Shown in pieces: positions 1-9,404 of a stretch of DNA of 64,000 nt; the stretch's first letter is position 1, and each line of letters starts with the position of its first letter. The DNA is from Dehalococcoidia bacterium (GTDB lineage Bacteria; Chloroflexota; Dehalococcoidia; Lucifugimonadales; UBA826): positions 12,104 through 76,103 of the forward strand of contig JAPYSB010000005.1 in NCBI GenBank assembly GCA_029936675.1. The letters are read 5' to 3'. Below the pieces are notes generated by a model. That model worked only from the letters and a program-made list of their open reading frames with translations. It was not told the DNA's origin and made no database searches. Made by a program: the position numbers and the translations under genes.

Positions 1-473
1 GTATATCTGACGACTCTGAGGGAAACATTTATGTCGCTGATTGGCGTAACGACCGAATTCAGAAATTCGATTCAAATGGGAATTACATATCCGCTATTGG
101 GGGCGGGAAGACCTCTGTTCTAGATCGACCTTCTGATGTTGCCGTGGACCCAGATGGGAATATTTATGTCACAGATTGGGGCAGTCAGCGTCTATTGGTT
201 TTAGACCAATCGGGCAGCATTTTGGAAACTAAAAGAGGTGAAGCTGATTTGAATCCGTGGTCAGTGGAATATTTGTCGTCGCAGGACGATGAAAGGAAAG
301 CAAGGGAATCATTTGTTCCGGTCTACCAAGCCGATAGCGAGGATCCTTCGGAGGTGTCTGCCAGAATGGAACCCTACTTCTGGGATCCTGTTGCAGTAGA
401 GCTGGATCAAGATGGAACCGTATATGTACTTGAGACCGGTAGACATCGATTTCAAGTATTTGAACGATTATAG
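1..473 (+). CDS. NHL-repeat beta-propeller protein, C-terminal part (5' end outside window)
   Basis: The frame is open from the window edge to the stop at 471-473. It contains NHL-type blades 'GNIYVADWRNDRIQKF' and 'GNIYVTDWGSQRLLVL'. The C-terminal ~75 aa follow the same pattern as CDS 2026..3021. Confidence 0.8.
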   Translation, partial: ISDDSEGNIYVADWRNDRIQKFDSNGNYISAIGGGKTSVLDRPSDVAVDPDGNIYVTDWGSQRLLVLDQSGSILETKRGEADLNPWSVEYLSSQDDERKARESFVPVYQADSEDPSEVSARMEPYFWDPVAVELDQDGTVYVLETGRHRFQVFERL

Positions 474-543
474 ATCGCATAGAATTCGACATAAATGATG
501 GATAGATTACCCCAATAGGTTAAGTGGACAGACGGAGAGGACC

Positions 544-1998
544 TTGACAACCACGAAGAGCAAGGCTGACATAGGATTGGTAGCACATTTATTAAGAAGG
601 GCTGGATTTGGAGCTACTCCAAATGAAATGGACAGTTTCATTGAAATGGATTACGACGAAATAGTTGATTATCTTATCAATTTCGATCTCCCTGATTACA
701 TCCCACAAGATTTCATTTCTAGATTTCATAAGGATCAGTCTGACCTGAGAATAGCAGATGGTGCGAGAGCCCATTGGATATACCGTATGGTAATGACTAA
801 GACTCCTTTGCGAGAGAAAATGTGTCTGTTCTGGCACAGGATTTTTGCCACGGCTGCGACAAAGTTGATACAAAATAGAGTGGTTGTCAATCAAATTGAC
901 ATGTTTAGAGAAAAGGGATTCGGAAGATTTGATGATCTTTTATTAGGTTTGTCAAGGGATCCAGCAATGATCATGTGGCTCGACAACCAAGATAATCATG
1001 GGTCAAACATTAACGAGAATTACGGCAGGGAAATCCTCGAGTTATTTTCTATGGGGGTAGGCAATTATAGCGAGGACGATATTAAAGATACTGCAAGAGC
1101 ATTCACCGGATGGAGTGTCGTCAACCCAGAATATATGTCGATTAAGATGCGTAATAACACTGTTCGTCCCTACGGGTATATTTCATGGCAATATGAATAC
1201 GATGCTAAAGACCATGACAATGGTGTGAAAACTATATTGGGAGAGACAGGTAATTGGAACGGAGAGGATGCGATTCGTATTATATGCGAACAAAAAGCCA
1301 CTGCGGAGTATATCGCGCGTCATATGTATCATTTTTTTGTAGCGGATGAAGTGCCTGTACCACAATGGCCACATCAATCACCGAGGGACACAGAAGCTAT
1401 CAGCCTTATGGTGGAGTCGTATTTCCAAAACGGACATAGCATTAAATCTATGATGGAAACGATGCTTAAAGCGGAGTTTTTCAAGGAGGAGTCGGCAAGA
1501 TATGCAAGAATAAAAAGTCCGGCGGAAATGGTGGTAGGTACCATGCGGTTGGCAGGCCCAATCGAACTTCCTTCGGACGAAACCTATTATGCTCAGGCTG
1601 TTTGTTCCAATATGGGCCAGGCATTACTGGGGCCGCCCAGTGTCGAAGGATGGCAGGGCGGGAGTGAGTGGATCAACACAGGAACCTATCTTGAAAGAGT
1701 TAATTTCGCAACTAAGATACTTGATAATTCGGACAAAGAAGGAGTGAGGAACATAATTGATCGAATAAAATCGATTAATAATACAGGGAATATGACTTCA
1801 GACAACTTAGTATCAGGATGTCTTGAAATTTTGGGGCCAATAAATGTTTCCACAATGACAGAGAAAAGATTAAAAAAATTTGCTTTGAAATACGAAGAGT
1901 TAACTTGGTCGGATGAAACTTCATCCGACCAGTTTGACACGGCGGCGCTTTCGGTAATCCAACTCATTGTCTGCACTCAGGAGTATCAAACCGCATAG
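544..1998 (+). CDS. DUF1800 domain protein
   Basis: 484-aa ORF with a TTG start 3 nt after GGAGAGG. Motifs 'HLLRRAGFGATP', 'LFWHRIF' and 'NENYGREILELFSMGVGNYSEDDIKDTARAFTGW' are typical of DUF1800. No N-terminal signal sequence. Confidence 0.85.
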   Translation: MTTTKSKADIGLVAHLLRRAGFGATPNEMDSFIEMDYDEIVDYLINFDLPDYIPQDFISRFHKDQSDLRIADGARAHWIYRMVMTKTPLREKMCLFWHRIFATAATKLIQNRVVVNQIDMFREKGFGRFDDLLLGLSRDPAMIMWLDNQDNHGSNINENYGREILELFSMGVGNYSEDDIKDTARAFTGWSVVNPEYMSIKMRNNTVRPYGYISWQYEYDAKDHDNGVKTILGETGNWNGEDAIRIICEQKATAEYIARHMYHFFVADEVPVPQWPHQSPRDTEAISLMVESYFQNGHSIKSMMETMLKAEFFKEESARYARIKSPAEMVVGTMRLAGPIELPSDETYYAQAVCSNMGQALLGPPSVEGWQGGSEWINTGTYLERVNFATKILDNSDKEGVRNIIDRIKSINNTGNMTSDNLVSGCLEILGPINVSTMTEKRLKKFALKYEELTWSDETSSDQFDTAALSVIQLIVCTQEYQTA

Positions 1999-2025
1999 TC
2001 TTAAATAGAGGAGTGCGAATACTAA

Positions 2026-3021
2026 ATGGTAGCGACGAAATTTGAGCTTAAATATAGCTCCAATGTAGGGTTTGCGACCGACCAAGGAGGCCGGGGATTT
2101 CAATTGCCTGCCCACTTGGCAATTAGGTCTGATCAAAGAATTTTTGTGGCAAGTAGAGGAAGAGGGCCAACTGTTGGTGTACAGATGGTATCGAGAGATT
2201 TTGAGTTTTTCGGAAAGATTGGCTCCCAAGGCAAGGATATTGGCCAAATGATGGAACCAAGTGCCGTAGCCTTTGATTCCAACGAGAATTTGTATGTGTC
2301 AGACGAAAAATTGGATAGGATAACCTGCTTTGATCGGGAAGGAGAGCTCGTTGGATCGTGGGGAGTATCGGGAGAAGGGCTAGGCGAAATGCATAGACCG
2401 ACAGGGCTTTTGATATTGGATGATGTGGTTTATGTAACTGATGCAATGAATCATAGGATCCAGCGTTACCATACTGATGGAAGATTTATAGATCAATTGA
2501 ACACGACGAAAAACACAGAATCCCAGTTGCATTACCCTTGGGGAATAGCTAGTGGTGTGAATAATGATGTATACGTCGCTGACTGGGGTAACAACAGGGT
2601 TGTTAGGTTTAATCAGGAAGGCGATTTTATGTCGGAGCTAGTGGGAGGGATAGATGCTGATATGCCATTGAACAGGCCTGCCGATGTCGCGGTGGATAAT
2701 GAAGGTAACTTATACGTCGCTGATTGGGGTAATCAGCAACTTCAAGTTTTTGATGAGAACTATAATTTTTTATATATGAATAGGGGAGAGGCGGACCTGA
2801 ATCGATGGGCATTGGAATATTTTGAATCTCAACGAGATGAGAAACGAGCACGTTCAAGTTATGTACCTGTTTATAAGACCGATACTAGTGACGTTAGAGA
2901 AATTTCTGCGAGAATCGAACCATATTTCTGGGACCCATGTGCAGTAATGGTAGATGGGGATGGAAGGGCCTATGTTCTTGAAACTTGTAGGCATAGATTT
3001 CAAATTTTTGAAAGAATTTAA
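2026..3021 (+). CDS. NHL-repeat beta-propeller protein
   Basis: 331-aa ORF with repeated blades ('NLYVSDEKLDRITCF', 'VVYVTDAMNHRIQRY', 'DVYVADWGNNRVVRF', 'NLYVADWGNQQLQVF'). No signal peptide. Confidence 0.85.
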   Translation: MVATKFELKYSSNVGFATDQGGRGFQLPAHLAIRSDQRIFVASRGRGPTVGVQMVSRDFEFFGKIGSQGKDIGQMMEPSAVAFDSNENLYVSDEKLDRITCFDREGELVGSWGVSGEGLGEMHRPTGLLILDDVVYVTDAMNHRIQRYHTDGRFIDQLNTTKNTESQLHYPWGIASGVNNDVYVADWGNNRVVRFNQEGDFMSELVGGIDADMPLNRPADVAVDNEGNLYVADWGNQQLQVFDENYNFLYMNRGEADLNRWALEYFESQRDEKRARSSYVPVYKTDTSDVREISARIEPYFWDPCAVMVDGDGRAYVLETCRHRFQIFERI

Positions 3022-3056
3022 TAGAATGACCAACATATAGGAAAGAGGAGAACAAT

Positions 3057-4178
3057 ATGGGTGATAAGAAAATAGTCGTTGTCCAGTTATCCGGAGGTAA
3101 CGATTACCTTAATTGTGTGATTCCATATGACAATCCACATTATGTGGACAATCGTCCCAATGTGCGGATAACAGAGGACAGGGTGATACCAATAGGAGAT
3201 GGCTTAGGCTTTAATCCGGTTATGGGCCCTATTAAAGATTTGTATGATCAAGGCAAAGTTGCTGTGATTCACGGGGTGGGATATCCGGAGCCAAACAGAT
3301 CTCACTTTAGGTCTATGGATATTTGGCACACTGCAGAACCAACCAAAGTTGGTAATGAGGGCTGGTTAGGGAATGCTATAAACCAAATGTATCCAAAGCA
3401 TGACAATGTGGTGGCAGCTGTTAATTTCGGTGCCGGACTACCCCGGGCACTGGTATCCCATGGGGCTCCTGTGGCATCGGTGACGGATTTAAACACTTAT
3501 GGCCTAATGAACCATGTCAGTGAGGTAGACCAACGAAATGAGGCCCTTCAGGCATTTAAAGATATGTACTCGCAAGCAATAGGGAGTGGTCCTGTTATGG
3601 ACTACCTAAGCCAGACGGGCCTTGATGCTTTGAAAGGTGCAGAGATAATAGGTGGTGTGACCGATAAGTACTCCTCAGATGTTGAGTACGCTGAAAACTC
3701 GTTTGCAAAAGCAATGAAAGGAGCAGCCCAAGTTTTACAGGCTGATATTGGCACTAGGATTTGCTATACCCAACATGGTAGCTTTGATGCCCACACGAAC
3801 GGGATTGCCCTTCAAGAAGGTTTACTGACCGATGTGTCTGGTGGAATATACGATTTCTACGACGATATGAAGAGGGCAAATAAAAGTGACGATGTAATTA
3901 TGTTTGTCTTCACAGAATTTGGGAGAAGGGTCAAAGACAATGGTAATGGTACAGATCATGGGTCTGGAGGTGTTGCATTTGTTATTGGGGATCAGGTAGA
4001 CGGAGGTCAGTATAGTGAATACCCTTCCCTAGCAGCTGATCAGCTGCTGGAAGGTGATTTGAGGTTCAATTTGGATTTCCGGAGTGTATATACAGAGATC
4101 TTAGAAGACTGGTTGGAAATTGATGCTAGGTCAGTTGTTAAAGGCGAATATGAGAAGGTCGGCTTTCTAAAAAATTAG
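3057..4178 (+). CDS. DUF1501 domain protein (alkaline-phosphatase/sulfatase-like fold)
   Basis: 373-aa ORF with a strong SD (AAGAGGAG) upstream of the ATG. Motifs 'VVQLSGGNDYLN', 'GYPEPNRSHFRSMDIWHT' and 'FTEFGRRVKDNGNGTDHGSGG'. It starts directly in the catalytic domain, with no twin-arginine leader. Confidence 0.85.
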   Translation: MGDKKIVVVQLSGGNDYLNCVIPYDNPHYVDNRPNVRITEDRVIPIGDGLGFNPVMGPIKDLYDQGKVAVIHGVGYPEPNRSHFRSMDIWHTAEPTKVGNEGWLGNAINQMYPKHDNVVAAVNFGAGLPRALVSHGAPVASVTDLNTYGLMNHVSEVDQRNEALQAFKDMYSQAIGSGPVMDYLSQTGLDALKGAEIIGGVTDKYSSDVEYAENSFAKAMKGAAQVLQADIGTRICYTQHGSFDAHTNGIALQEGLLTDVSGGIYDFYDDMKRANKSDDVIMFVFTEFGRRVKDNGNGTDHGSGGVAFVIGDQVDGGQYSEYPSLAADQLLEGDLRFNLDFRSVYTEILEDWLEIDARSVVKGEYEKVGFLKN

Positions 4179-4195
4179 ATAGCCAAATGTCAGGC

Positions 4196-4235
4196 AAAAA
4201 GCCCGCAGGTTTGCAAATGAACCTGCGGGCTTTTG
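4196..4235. terminator. Bidirectional intrinsic terminator between convergent genes
   Basis: Perfect 11-bp GC-rich stem: gcccgcaggtt (4201-4211) pairs with aacctgcgggc (4220-4230), with an 8-nt loop. It is flanked by A5 (4196-4200) and T4 (4231-4234). It lies between the stop at 4178 (+) and the stop at 4236 (-). Confidence 0.75.
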
Positions 4236-5417
4236 CTATAGAGCTCTTTCTTCTATCCAGTTAAGATCTACTTCTATTCCAAACCCAGGCGCGTCAGAGG
4301 GTTTTACTCGACCGTTCTTAATAACTGGTGTTCCCGGTAAGGCGACCATTTCTTCTAACGGAACTCCGGGAGGTGATACTCCTTCGGACCTTTCACCCCA
4401 TGGAATTACAGGCATTGAATATGCTAAATGCTGACCATATGGATAATTCATGCCCGCATGTCCTATGACCGTTAGCCCATGAGCTTCGGCTATATGGCAT
4501 ATTCGCACACTTGCAGTGATACCTCCAACCCATTGCACATCTGGTTGAAGTATATCGACTAATCCTCTCCCAGCCGCGTCAGCAAAAGGGTGAATTGTGT
4601 ACCAATGTTCACCTGTGGCTAAGATTTGGCCAGGAACTCTTTGTCTAAGTTTGGCATAGCTATCCATATCTTCAGGGAGCATGTAATCTTCCAGCCATTT
4701 GATGTTGTATGGCTTGAGTGCTTCTGATACACGAACCGCATACTCTATATTTGACGACATCCATGAATCGACAGCCAATTCAATATCTGGGCCTATCTGT
4801 TCTCTAGTATTTGCGACTATTTCCACATTTTTGTTTAGTCCGGCAAGGCCTTCATCAGGCCCGTGTCTGAGAAATACCTTGACGGCTTTGAAACCTAATT
4901 CAAGGAACCAATCCATATAGTCACTGGTTTTGTACCTCAACATGGTGTTTGAGGCATAGCAAAATATATCGTCTTTTACTGGACCTCCTAGAAGTTCATA
5001 AACAGGCTTTTCTAAAAGTTTTCCCTTGAGATCCCATATAGCATTGTCTAATGCACTAATCGCGTAACTTGCTACTCCTGCAGTCCCATATGATGAAGAG
5101 GATCTACGCATCATGTCCCATAATTTTTCAGTAGCCATTGGGTTTTGGCCTACCAAAAGCTCAGAAAAATGATCATTTATTATAGAAACCACAGGTCCAG
5201 ATTGTATTGTGGTTCCTAGTCCCCAAGTTCCGTCTTCAGCTGTTACAACACATGCGACACGATTCCAGTTTGGACCCGACCTGTACTTTATGTCGTATTT
5301 GTATCGATCCATGGGGCTTACAAAATATCCACCATTTGCATCAAGCTCCACTCTCGGCTGTGTTTTGGGATTGGGGCTTAGATTTACTGCTATTGCTTTA
5401 ATACTTTTGATTTTCAC
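4236..5417 (-). CDS. Enolase-superfamily dehydratase (mandelate racemase/muconate lactonizing family, L-rhamnonate-dehydratase-like)
   Basis: 393-aa ORF. The N-terminal capping domain contains 'ALDNAIWDLKGKLLEKPVYELLGG'. Barrel region contains 'LEDYMLPED' and 'ILATGEH'. Confidence 0.8.
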   Translation of the reverse strand: MKIKSIKAIAVNLSPNPKTQPRVELDANGGYFVSPMDRYKYDIKYRSGPNWNRVACVVTAEDGTWGLGTTIQSGPVVSIINDHFSELLVGQNPMATEKLWDMMRRSSSSYGTAGVASYAISALDNAIWDLKGKLLEKPVYELLGGPVKDDIFCYASNTMLRYKTSDYMDWFLELGFKAVKVFLRHGPDEGLAGLNKNVEIVANTREQIGPDIELAVDSWMSSNIEYAVRVSEALKPYNIKWLEDYMLPEDMDSYAKLRQRVPGQILATGEHWYTIHPFADAAGRGLVDILQPDVQWVGGITASVRICHIAEAHGLTVIGHAGMNYPYGQHLAYSMPVIPWGERSEGVSPPGVPLEEMVALPGTPVIKNGRVKPSDAPGFGIEVDLNWIEERAL

Positions 5418-5485
5418 TGCGATTATTCTCCTAGAATGGAAGATTTGCGACTTTCTTTATTCGGAAAATCCGATTGCAAAGCTTT

Positions 5486-6682
5486 TTATTTTCCCTTTAT
5501 CACTTCTGATGAAATTAGTTCTTTAATCTTTTGTTCATCCATTCCCAAAACATTCTTCATCACCTCTGTTGTATGTTCTCCTAATAAAGGAGGATGACTG
5601 GTTGGTTGGGCGGGCGTCCGACTTAAATGTTGAAGAGCGCTACCCAGCAAATCAATTTTACCAAGACTAGGGTGATCTACCTGCCATAGTGAATTTCGAG
5701 CCTTGGCTTGGGGATCCTTAAAGACTTCGTCCAGGGTGTTTATCGATGTAACTGTTAAACCGGCTTCTTGCAACGCAGATATCCAGTGTGATTTGGGCTT
5801 TTCCACAAATTGTGTATTTAATAAACCCTCAAGTTCTTTCCGGTTTTTGACGCGGTCAGCGTTACTTAAAAACCTCGGATCTTCCGCTAGCTCTGGTATT
5901 CCGACTGTTTCACACATTCGACTAAATTGATTGTCATTATTGGCAGCGGTCATGAAATTACCATCTGATGCAGTGAAATCTTGGTATGGAGCAACTTGTG
6001 GGTGCGCATTCCCGATGCGCCCAGGTGCCTCCCCAGTAGCTAGATAGCTTTGAGCTATATTGGCCATACACGCAATTCCAACGTCAAACAACGAGACATC
6101 CACATGCTGACCCTTACCACTCAATGACCGCTCATGGAGGGCCGATAGTATTCCAATGGTAGATGTGAGACCGGTCATTATGTCGACCCATGCAGCTCCA
6201 ACTTTAGTAGGGCCGCCGTCAGTTTCTCCGGTGACACTCATCACCCCAGTCATTGCCTGTAATGCCGCATCATATCCAGGTTCAGGGGCCCTGGGACCTG
6301 TCTGACCGAATCCTGTAACTGAGGCATAAATTATTTGAGGATTTAAAGTAGAAATAGATTCGTAGTCAAGACCAAATCGAGCTAAATTACCTACCTTGAA
6401 ATTTTCTACAAAAACATCGGCTTTTTCGGCCAAATCTTTGATAATTTTCTGACCTTTCTCATCTCTAAGGTTAACTATAATGCTTTTCTTGCCCCGGTTT
6501 GCAGACAAGTAATACGCGCTTTCCTCCCCCATAAAAGGGGGTCCCCATCCTCGCGTATCATCTCCCCATGGAGATTCGACTTTCCAGACCTCGGCTCCAA
6601 GGTCGGCCAGTATCTGGGTTCCAAAGGGTCCAGCAAGTATTCTCGACAAATCTAAGACTTTTAAGTCTTTTAAGGCACTCAT
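5486..6682 (-). CDS. Family III CoA-transferase (CaiB/BaiF type)
   Basis: 398 aa. Motifs 'LKVLDLSRILAGPFGTQILADLGAEV', 'LSANRGKKS' and 'QAMTG..25 aa..', with the catalytic Asp in 'AWVDIMTG'. Confidence 0.9.
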   Translation of the reverse strand: MSALKDLKVLDLSRILAGPFGTQILADLGAEVWKVESPWGDDTRGWGPPFMGEESAYYLSANRGKKSIIVNLRDEKGQKIIKDLAEKADVFVENFKVGNLARFGLDYESISTLNPQIIYASVTGFGQTGPRAPEPGYDAALQAMTGVMSVTGETDGGPTKVGAAWVDIMTGLTSTIGILSALHERSLSGKGQHVDVSLFDVGIACMANIAQSYLATGEAPGRIGNAHPQVAPYQDFTASDGNFMTAANNDNQFSRMCETVGIPELAEDPRFLSNADRVKNRKELEGLLNTQFVEKPKSHWISALQEAGLTVTSINTLDEVFKDPQAKARNSLWQVDHPSLGKIDLLGSALQHLSRTPAQPTSHPPLLGEHTTEVMKNVLGMDEQKIKELISSEVIKGK

Positions 6683-6818
6683 AGCATCTCCATTATTTTC
6701 AAATAATAATGAATGGTAATAGTTTGTTAAAACCTCTACAACTATATGGGCATCGTCAGCCTAAATCAGAATACTTTTAACTCGATATGAGACTTCTGGA
6801 TTGCCTATTCGCATTTTT

Positions 6819-7598
6819 TTACCTTCTAGGTTCCCACGAAAAAAATTTCAAAGATGTGATAAGACCTATTGCCAGCCAAGCCAGTAAGATCAGGTAATTT
6901 TCTGGGTTGTTTAGAGAACCTGAGGAAAATGGATTATAAGCTTCCTGCAGTGATAGTGAAAATGGTCGTACTGGGAACATCTGGGCGATGGAGTTTAACC
7001 AAATGGGAGCACTGTCCATTGGTATGAAAACATCGGATATGAACATTAACGGTATTATGGACGCGTTGACCATAGGCGCTGCAGCGTCAGAATTAGGTAT
7101 GAGGCTTGTGAAGGCTATACCGAGACTCGTAAAGGTCGCAGCCCCGAGGATCATTGTTAGGAAAAATGTGGCTATAGAATTGCGTGGTAGAGCAACATCA
7201 AATGCAAAAAAAGCTATTAGGGCAATGATTACAGCTAAAACAAATGACACTATGGTGTTGTGGGTGATCTTACCGAGTAGGAATATCATTAATGGTAGCG
7301 GTGTCCCTTTGTAACGTTTTAGAACCCCAATATCCCTATTGATGGTTAAGGTCATCGCAATTCCAGTGTAGGAAGAACCTATCACAGAGAATGCAGTTAT
7401 CATGGGGATGTATTTAGTGGCTCTGGACACGCTACCTCCGTCTATTTCTACAAAATCATTGCCAAAAATTCTAAGCATGAATAGAAAAAGAAGAGGGAAA
7501 ACCAATGTAAAAAAAGCGGCCGCCGGATTTCTCCGATATGATTTGCTTTCATAAACTATTTGTTTCAAAAAAAGAGGGATATGTCTTTTTAAATTCAT
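6819..7598 (-). CDS. ABC-2 type transporter permease
   Basis: 259-aa polytopic hydrophobic protein. It overlaps the upstream ATPase gene by 4 nt. Confidence 0.8.
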   Translation of the reverse strand: MNLKRHIPLFLKQIVYESKSYRRNPAAAFFTLVFPLLFLFMLRIFGNDFVEIDGGSVSRATKYIPMITAFSVIGSSYTGIAMTLTINRDIGVLKRYKGTPLPLMIFLLGKITHNTIVSFVLAVIIALIAFFAFDVALPRNSIATFFLTMILGAATFTSLGIAFTSLIPNSDAAAPMVNASIIPLMFISDVFIPMDSAPIWLNSIAQMFPVRPFSLSLQEAYNPFSSGSLNNPENYLILLAWLAIGLITSLKFFSWEPRR

Positions 7599-8482
7599 TT
7601 AAGAATTCCTAAATATATTTCCTCAAGAGTTTGGCGAGATACTTCCAAATTTGTAAGTTCAATCCCTTCAGAAATCGCCCAGCCTGTTAAATCTGATAAG
7701 ACAGCTGTTGGACTTTCAGTGTTTATTAGAACCATACCTTTTGATATTTTAGAAATTTCTTGTATGTCTTCCGGCAATACGGCTGATGATTCATCCAATT
7801 TGAAGGTGATGGATGTTTGGTTGTGTGAAATTTTTAGATCAGATAAGGATCCTTGGGTCACTAATTTTCCATGATTCATAAGTGCAACTGTGTCTGCAAG
7901 GTATTCTGCTTCTTCCATGTAATGAGTTGTGAGAACAACGGTAGTGCCGTCAGTTTTCAAATTTTTAATCATGTCCCAGAAAGTACGTCGGGCTGAAGGG
8001 TCAAACCCTGTAGTAGGCTCATCTAGAAATAAAAGATCAGGATTGCCACACAGGCCAATTGCTACGTCTAAACGCCGCTTTTGACCCCCTGAAAGTTTCT
8101 TGACCCTTTTGTCTTTCTCTTCCTCTAATCCGGTCATTTCCAATAGGTCTGAAATTGATCTGGGAGACTCATAAAAATGTGTGAATTGTTCTAGAATTTC
8201 AACAGCAGTTAAATATTGTTCTATACCTGTTTCTTGTAAAACTATCCCAACTCTTGAACGAAACTCAGTAGAGTTCTCTGATGGGTCCATTCCCAAGACT
8301 TTGACCTGCCCAGAGGTTTTGAGTCTGTGCCCCTCAAGTATTTCAACTGTTGTAGTTTTACCGGCTCCATTTGGTCCAAGCAATGCAAATATTTCACCCT
8401 CACGAACTTTGAGAGACACACTATTTACAGCTTGAAAATCGCCGTACCTTTTTGTTAATTGATTTGTATCTATTGCTAACAA
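7595..8482 (-). CDS. ABC transporter ATP-binding protein (DrrA/CcmA-like exporter ATPase)
   Basis: Walker A 'GPNGAGKTT', signature 'LSGGQKRRL', Walker B 'LLFLDEPTTGFD'. Confidence 0.9.
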   Translation of the reverse strand: MLAIDTNQLTKRYGDFQAVNSVSLKVREGEIFALLGPNGAGKTTTVEILEGHRLKTSGQVKVLGMDPSENSTEFRSRVGIVLQETGIEQYLTAVEILEQFTHFYESPRSISDLLEMTGLEEEKDKRVKKLSGGQKRRLDVAIGLCGNPDLLFLDEPTTGFDPSARRTFWDMIKNLKTDGTTVVLTTHYMEEAEYLADTVALMNHGKLVTQGSLSDLKISHNQTSITFKLDESSAVLPEDIQEISKISKGMVLINTESPTAVLSDLTGWAISEGIELTNLEVSRQTLEEIYLGILK

Positions 8483-8577
8483 ATGAATTTGGCTACCGGG
8501 TTTATTAAATGTATAAGCTCATTCAATTGTATAATCCATGCGGTAATCAGAGAAGTGTTTGGAATTGGAGTTTTTTA

Positions 8578-9399
8578 ATGACTTATACAGACCTAAAACT
8601 TGATCAAGATGGAGAGGTTCTGAAGATAACTGTTGACCGCCCTGAGGTATTGAATGCTCAAAGTAGGATTATGCGTGAAGAGCTGGATGATGCCTTTGAC
8701 AATGCAGCAACTGATGAATCCGTCAAGGTCGTAATTATTGCAGGGTCAGGAGCTAATTTCTCTGCCGGGCATGATTTAGGAAGTCCACAGGAAATGGCCG
8801 ATAGGGAAAAACGCCCCTATTCCCCTGGCACCGCTGGGGAATATGAAAGGAGCTGGCAGCAGAATGTGGCTAATACCTTTCGGTGGAGGGATTTTCCAAA
8901 ACCCACGATAGCTCAAGTTCAAGGTGTATGTATTATGGGGGGGATAATTTTGGCTTCTTCTTGCGATCTAATTGTTGCTTCTCAAGATGCTCGATTTAGT
9001 GATCGTACCGTAAGGTGGGGTGGCCCCCACGTACAATATTTAGGCCTTCCTTATGAAATTGGTATACGGAAGGCAAAAGAGTACCTTTTTACAGGAGATT
9101 GGATGACAGCCATGGAAGCTGAAAAATTAGGACTTGTTAATAAAGTCGTGCCTCTTGAGCAGTTAGAAGAGGAAACAATGAATTTGGCTCAAAGGATAGC
9201 TTTGCAAGACGCGTTTGCCTTAAGGCTGTCAAAAGCCTCATTGAATCAGGTACAGGATCAAATGGGCTATCGAAATAGCATCATGTCAGGATTTCATAAC
9301 CATGCATTAGGCCTGTCATATAGACGAGAAATTTATGATGGTGAAAAAGTGACCTCAATCGAGCGAGCGAGAGAACGTGATAAAAAATTTGGTGATTAA
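8578..9399 (+). CDS. Enoyl-CoA hydratase/isomerase (crotonase) family protein
   Basis: Motifs 'VVIIAGSGANFSAGHDL' and 'PTIAQVQGVCIMGGIILASSCDLIVAS'. I prefer the ATG at 8578 (GGAG 7 nt upstream) over the track start at 8509. Confidence 0.85.
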   Translation: MTYTDLKLDQDGEVLKITVDRPEVLNAQSRIMREELDDAFDNAATDESVKVVIIAGSGANFSAGHDLGSPQEMADREKRPYSPGTAGEYERSWQQNVANTFRWRDFPKPTIAQVQGVCIMGGIILASSCDLIVASQDARFSDRTVRWGGPHVQYLGLPYEIGIRKAKEYLFTGDWMTAMEAEKLGLVNKVVPLEQLEEETMNLAQRIALQDAFALRLSKASLNQVQDQMGYRNSIMSGFHNHALGLSYRREIYDGEKVTSIERARERDKKFGD

Positions 9400-9404
9400 A
9401 GCCT

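Noticed and set aside
8509-8577. 23-aa N-terminal extension of the first crotonase in the ORF track.
   Set aside because: The extension ('MYKLIQLYNPCGNQRSVWNWSFL') lacks a crotonase-fold equivalent and has no SD. The internal ATG at 8578 has GGAG at proper spacing and gives the typical family N-terminus.
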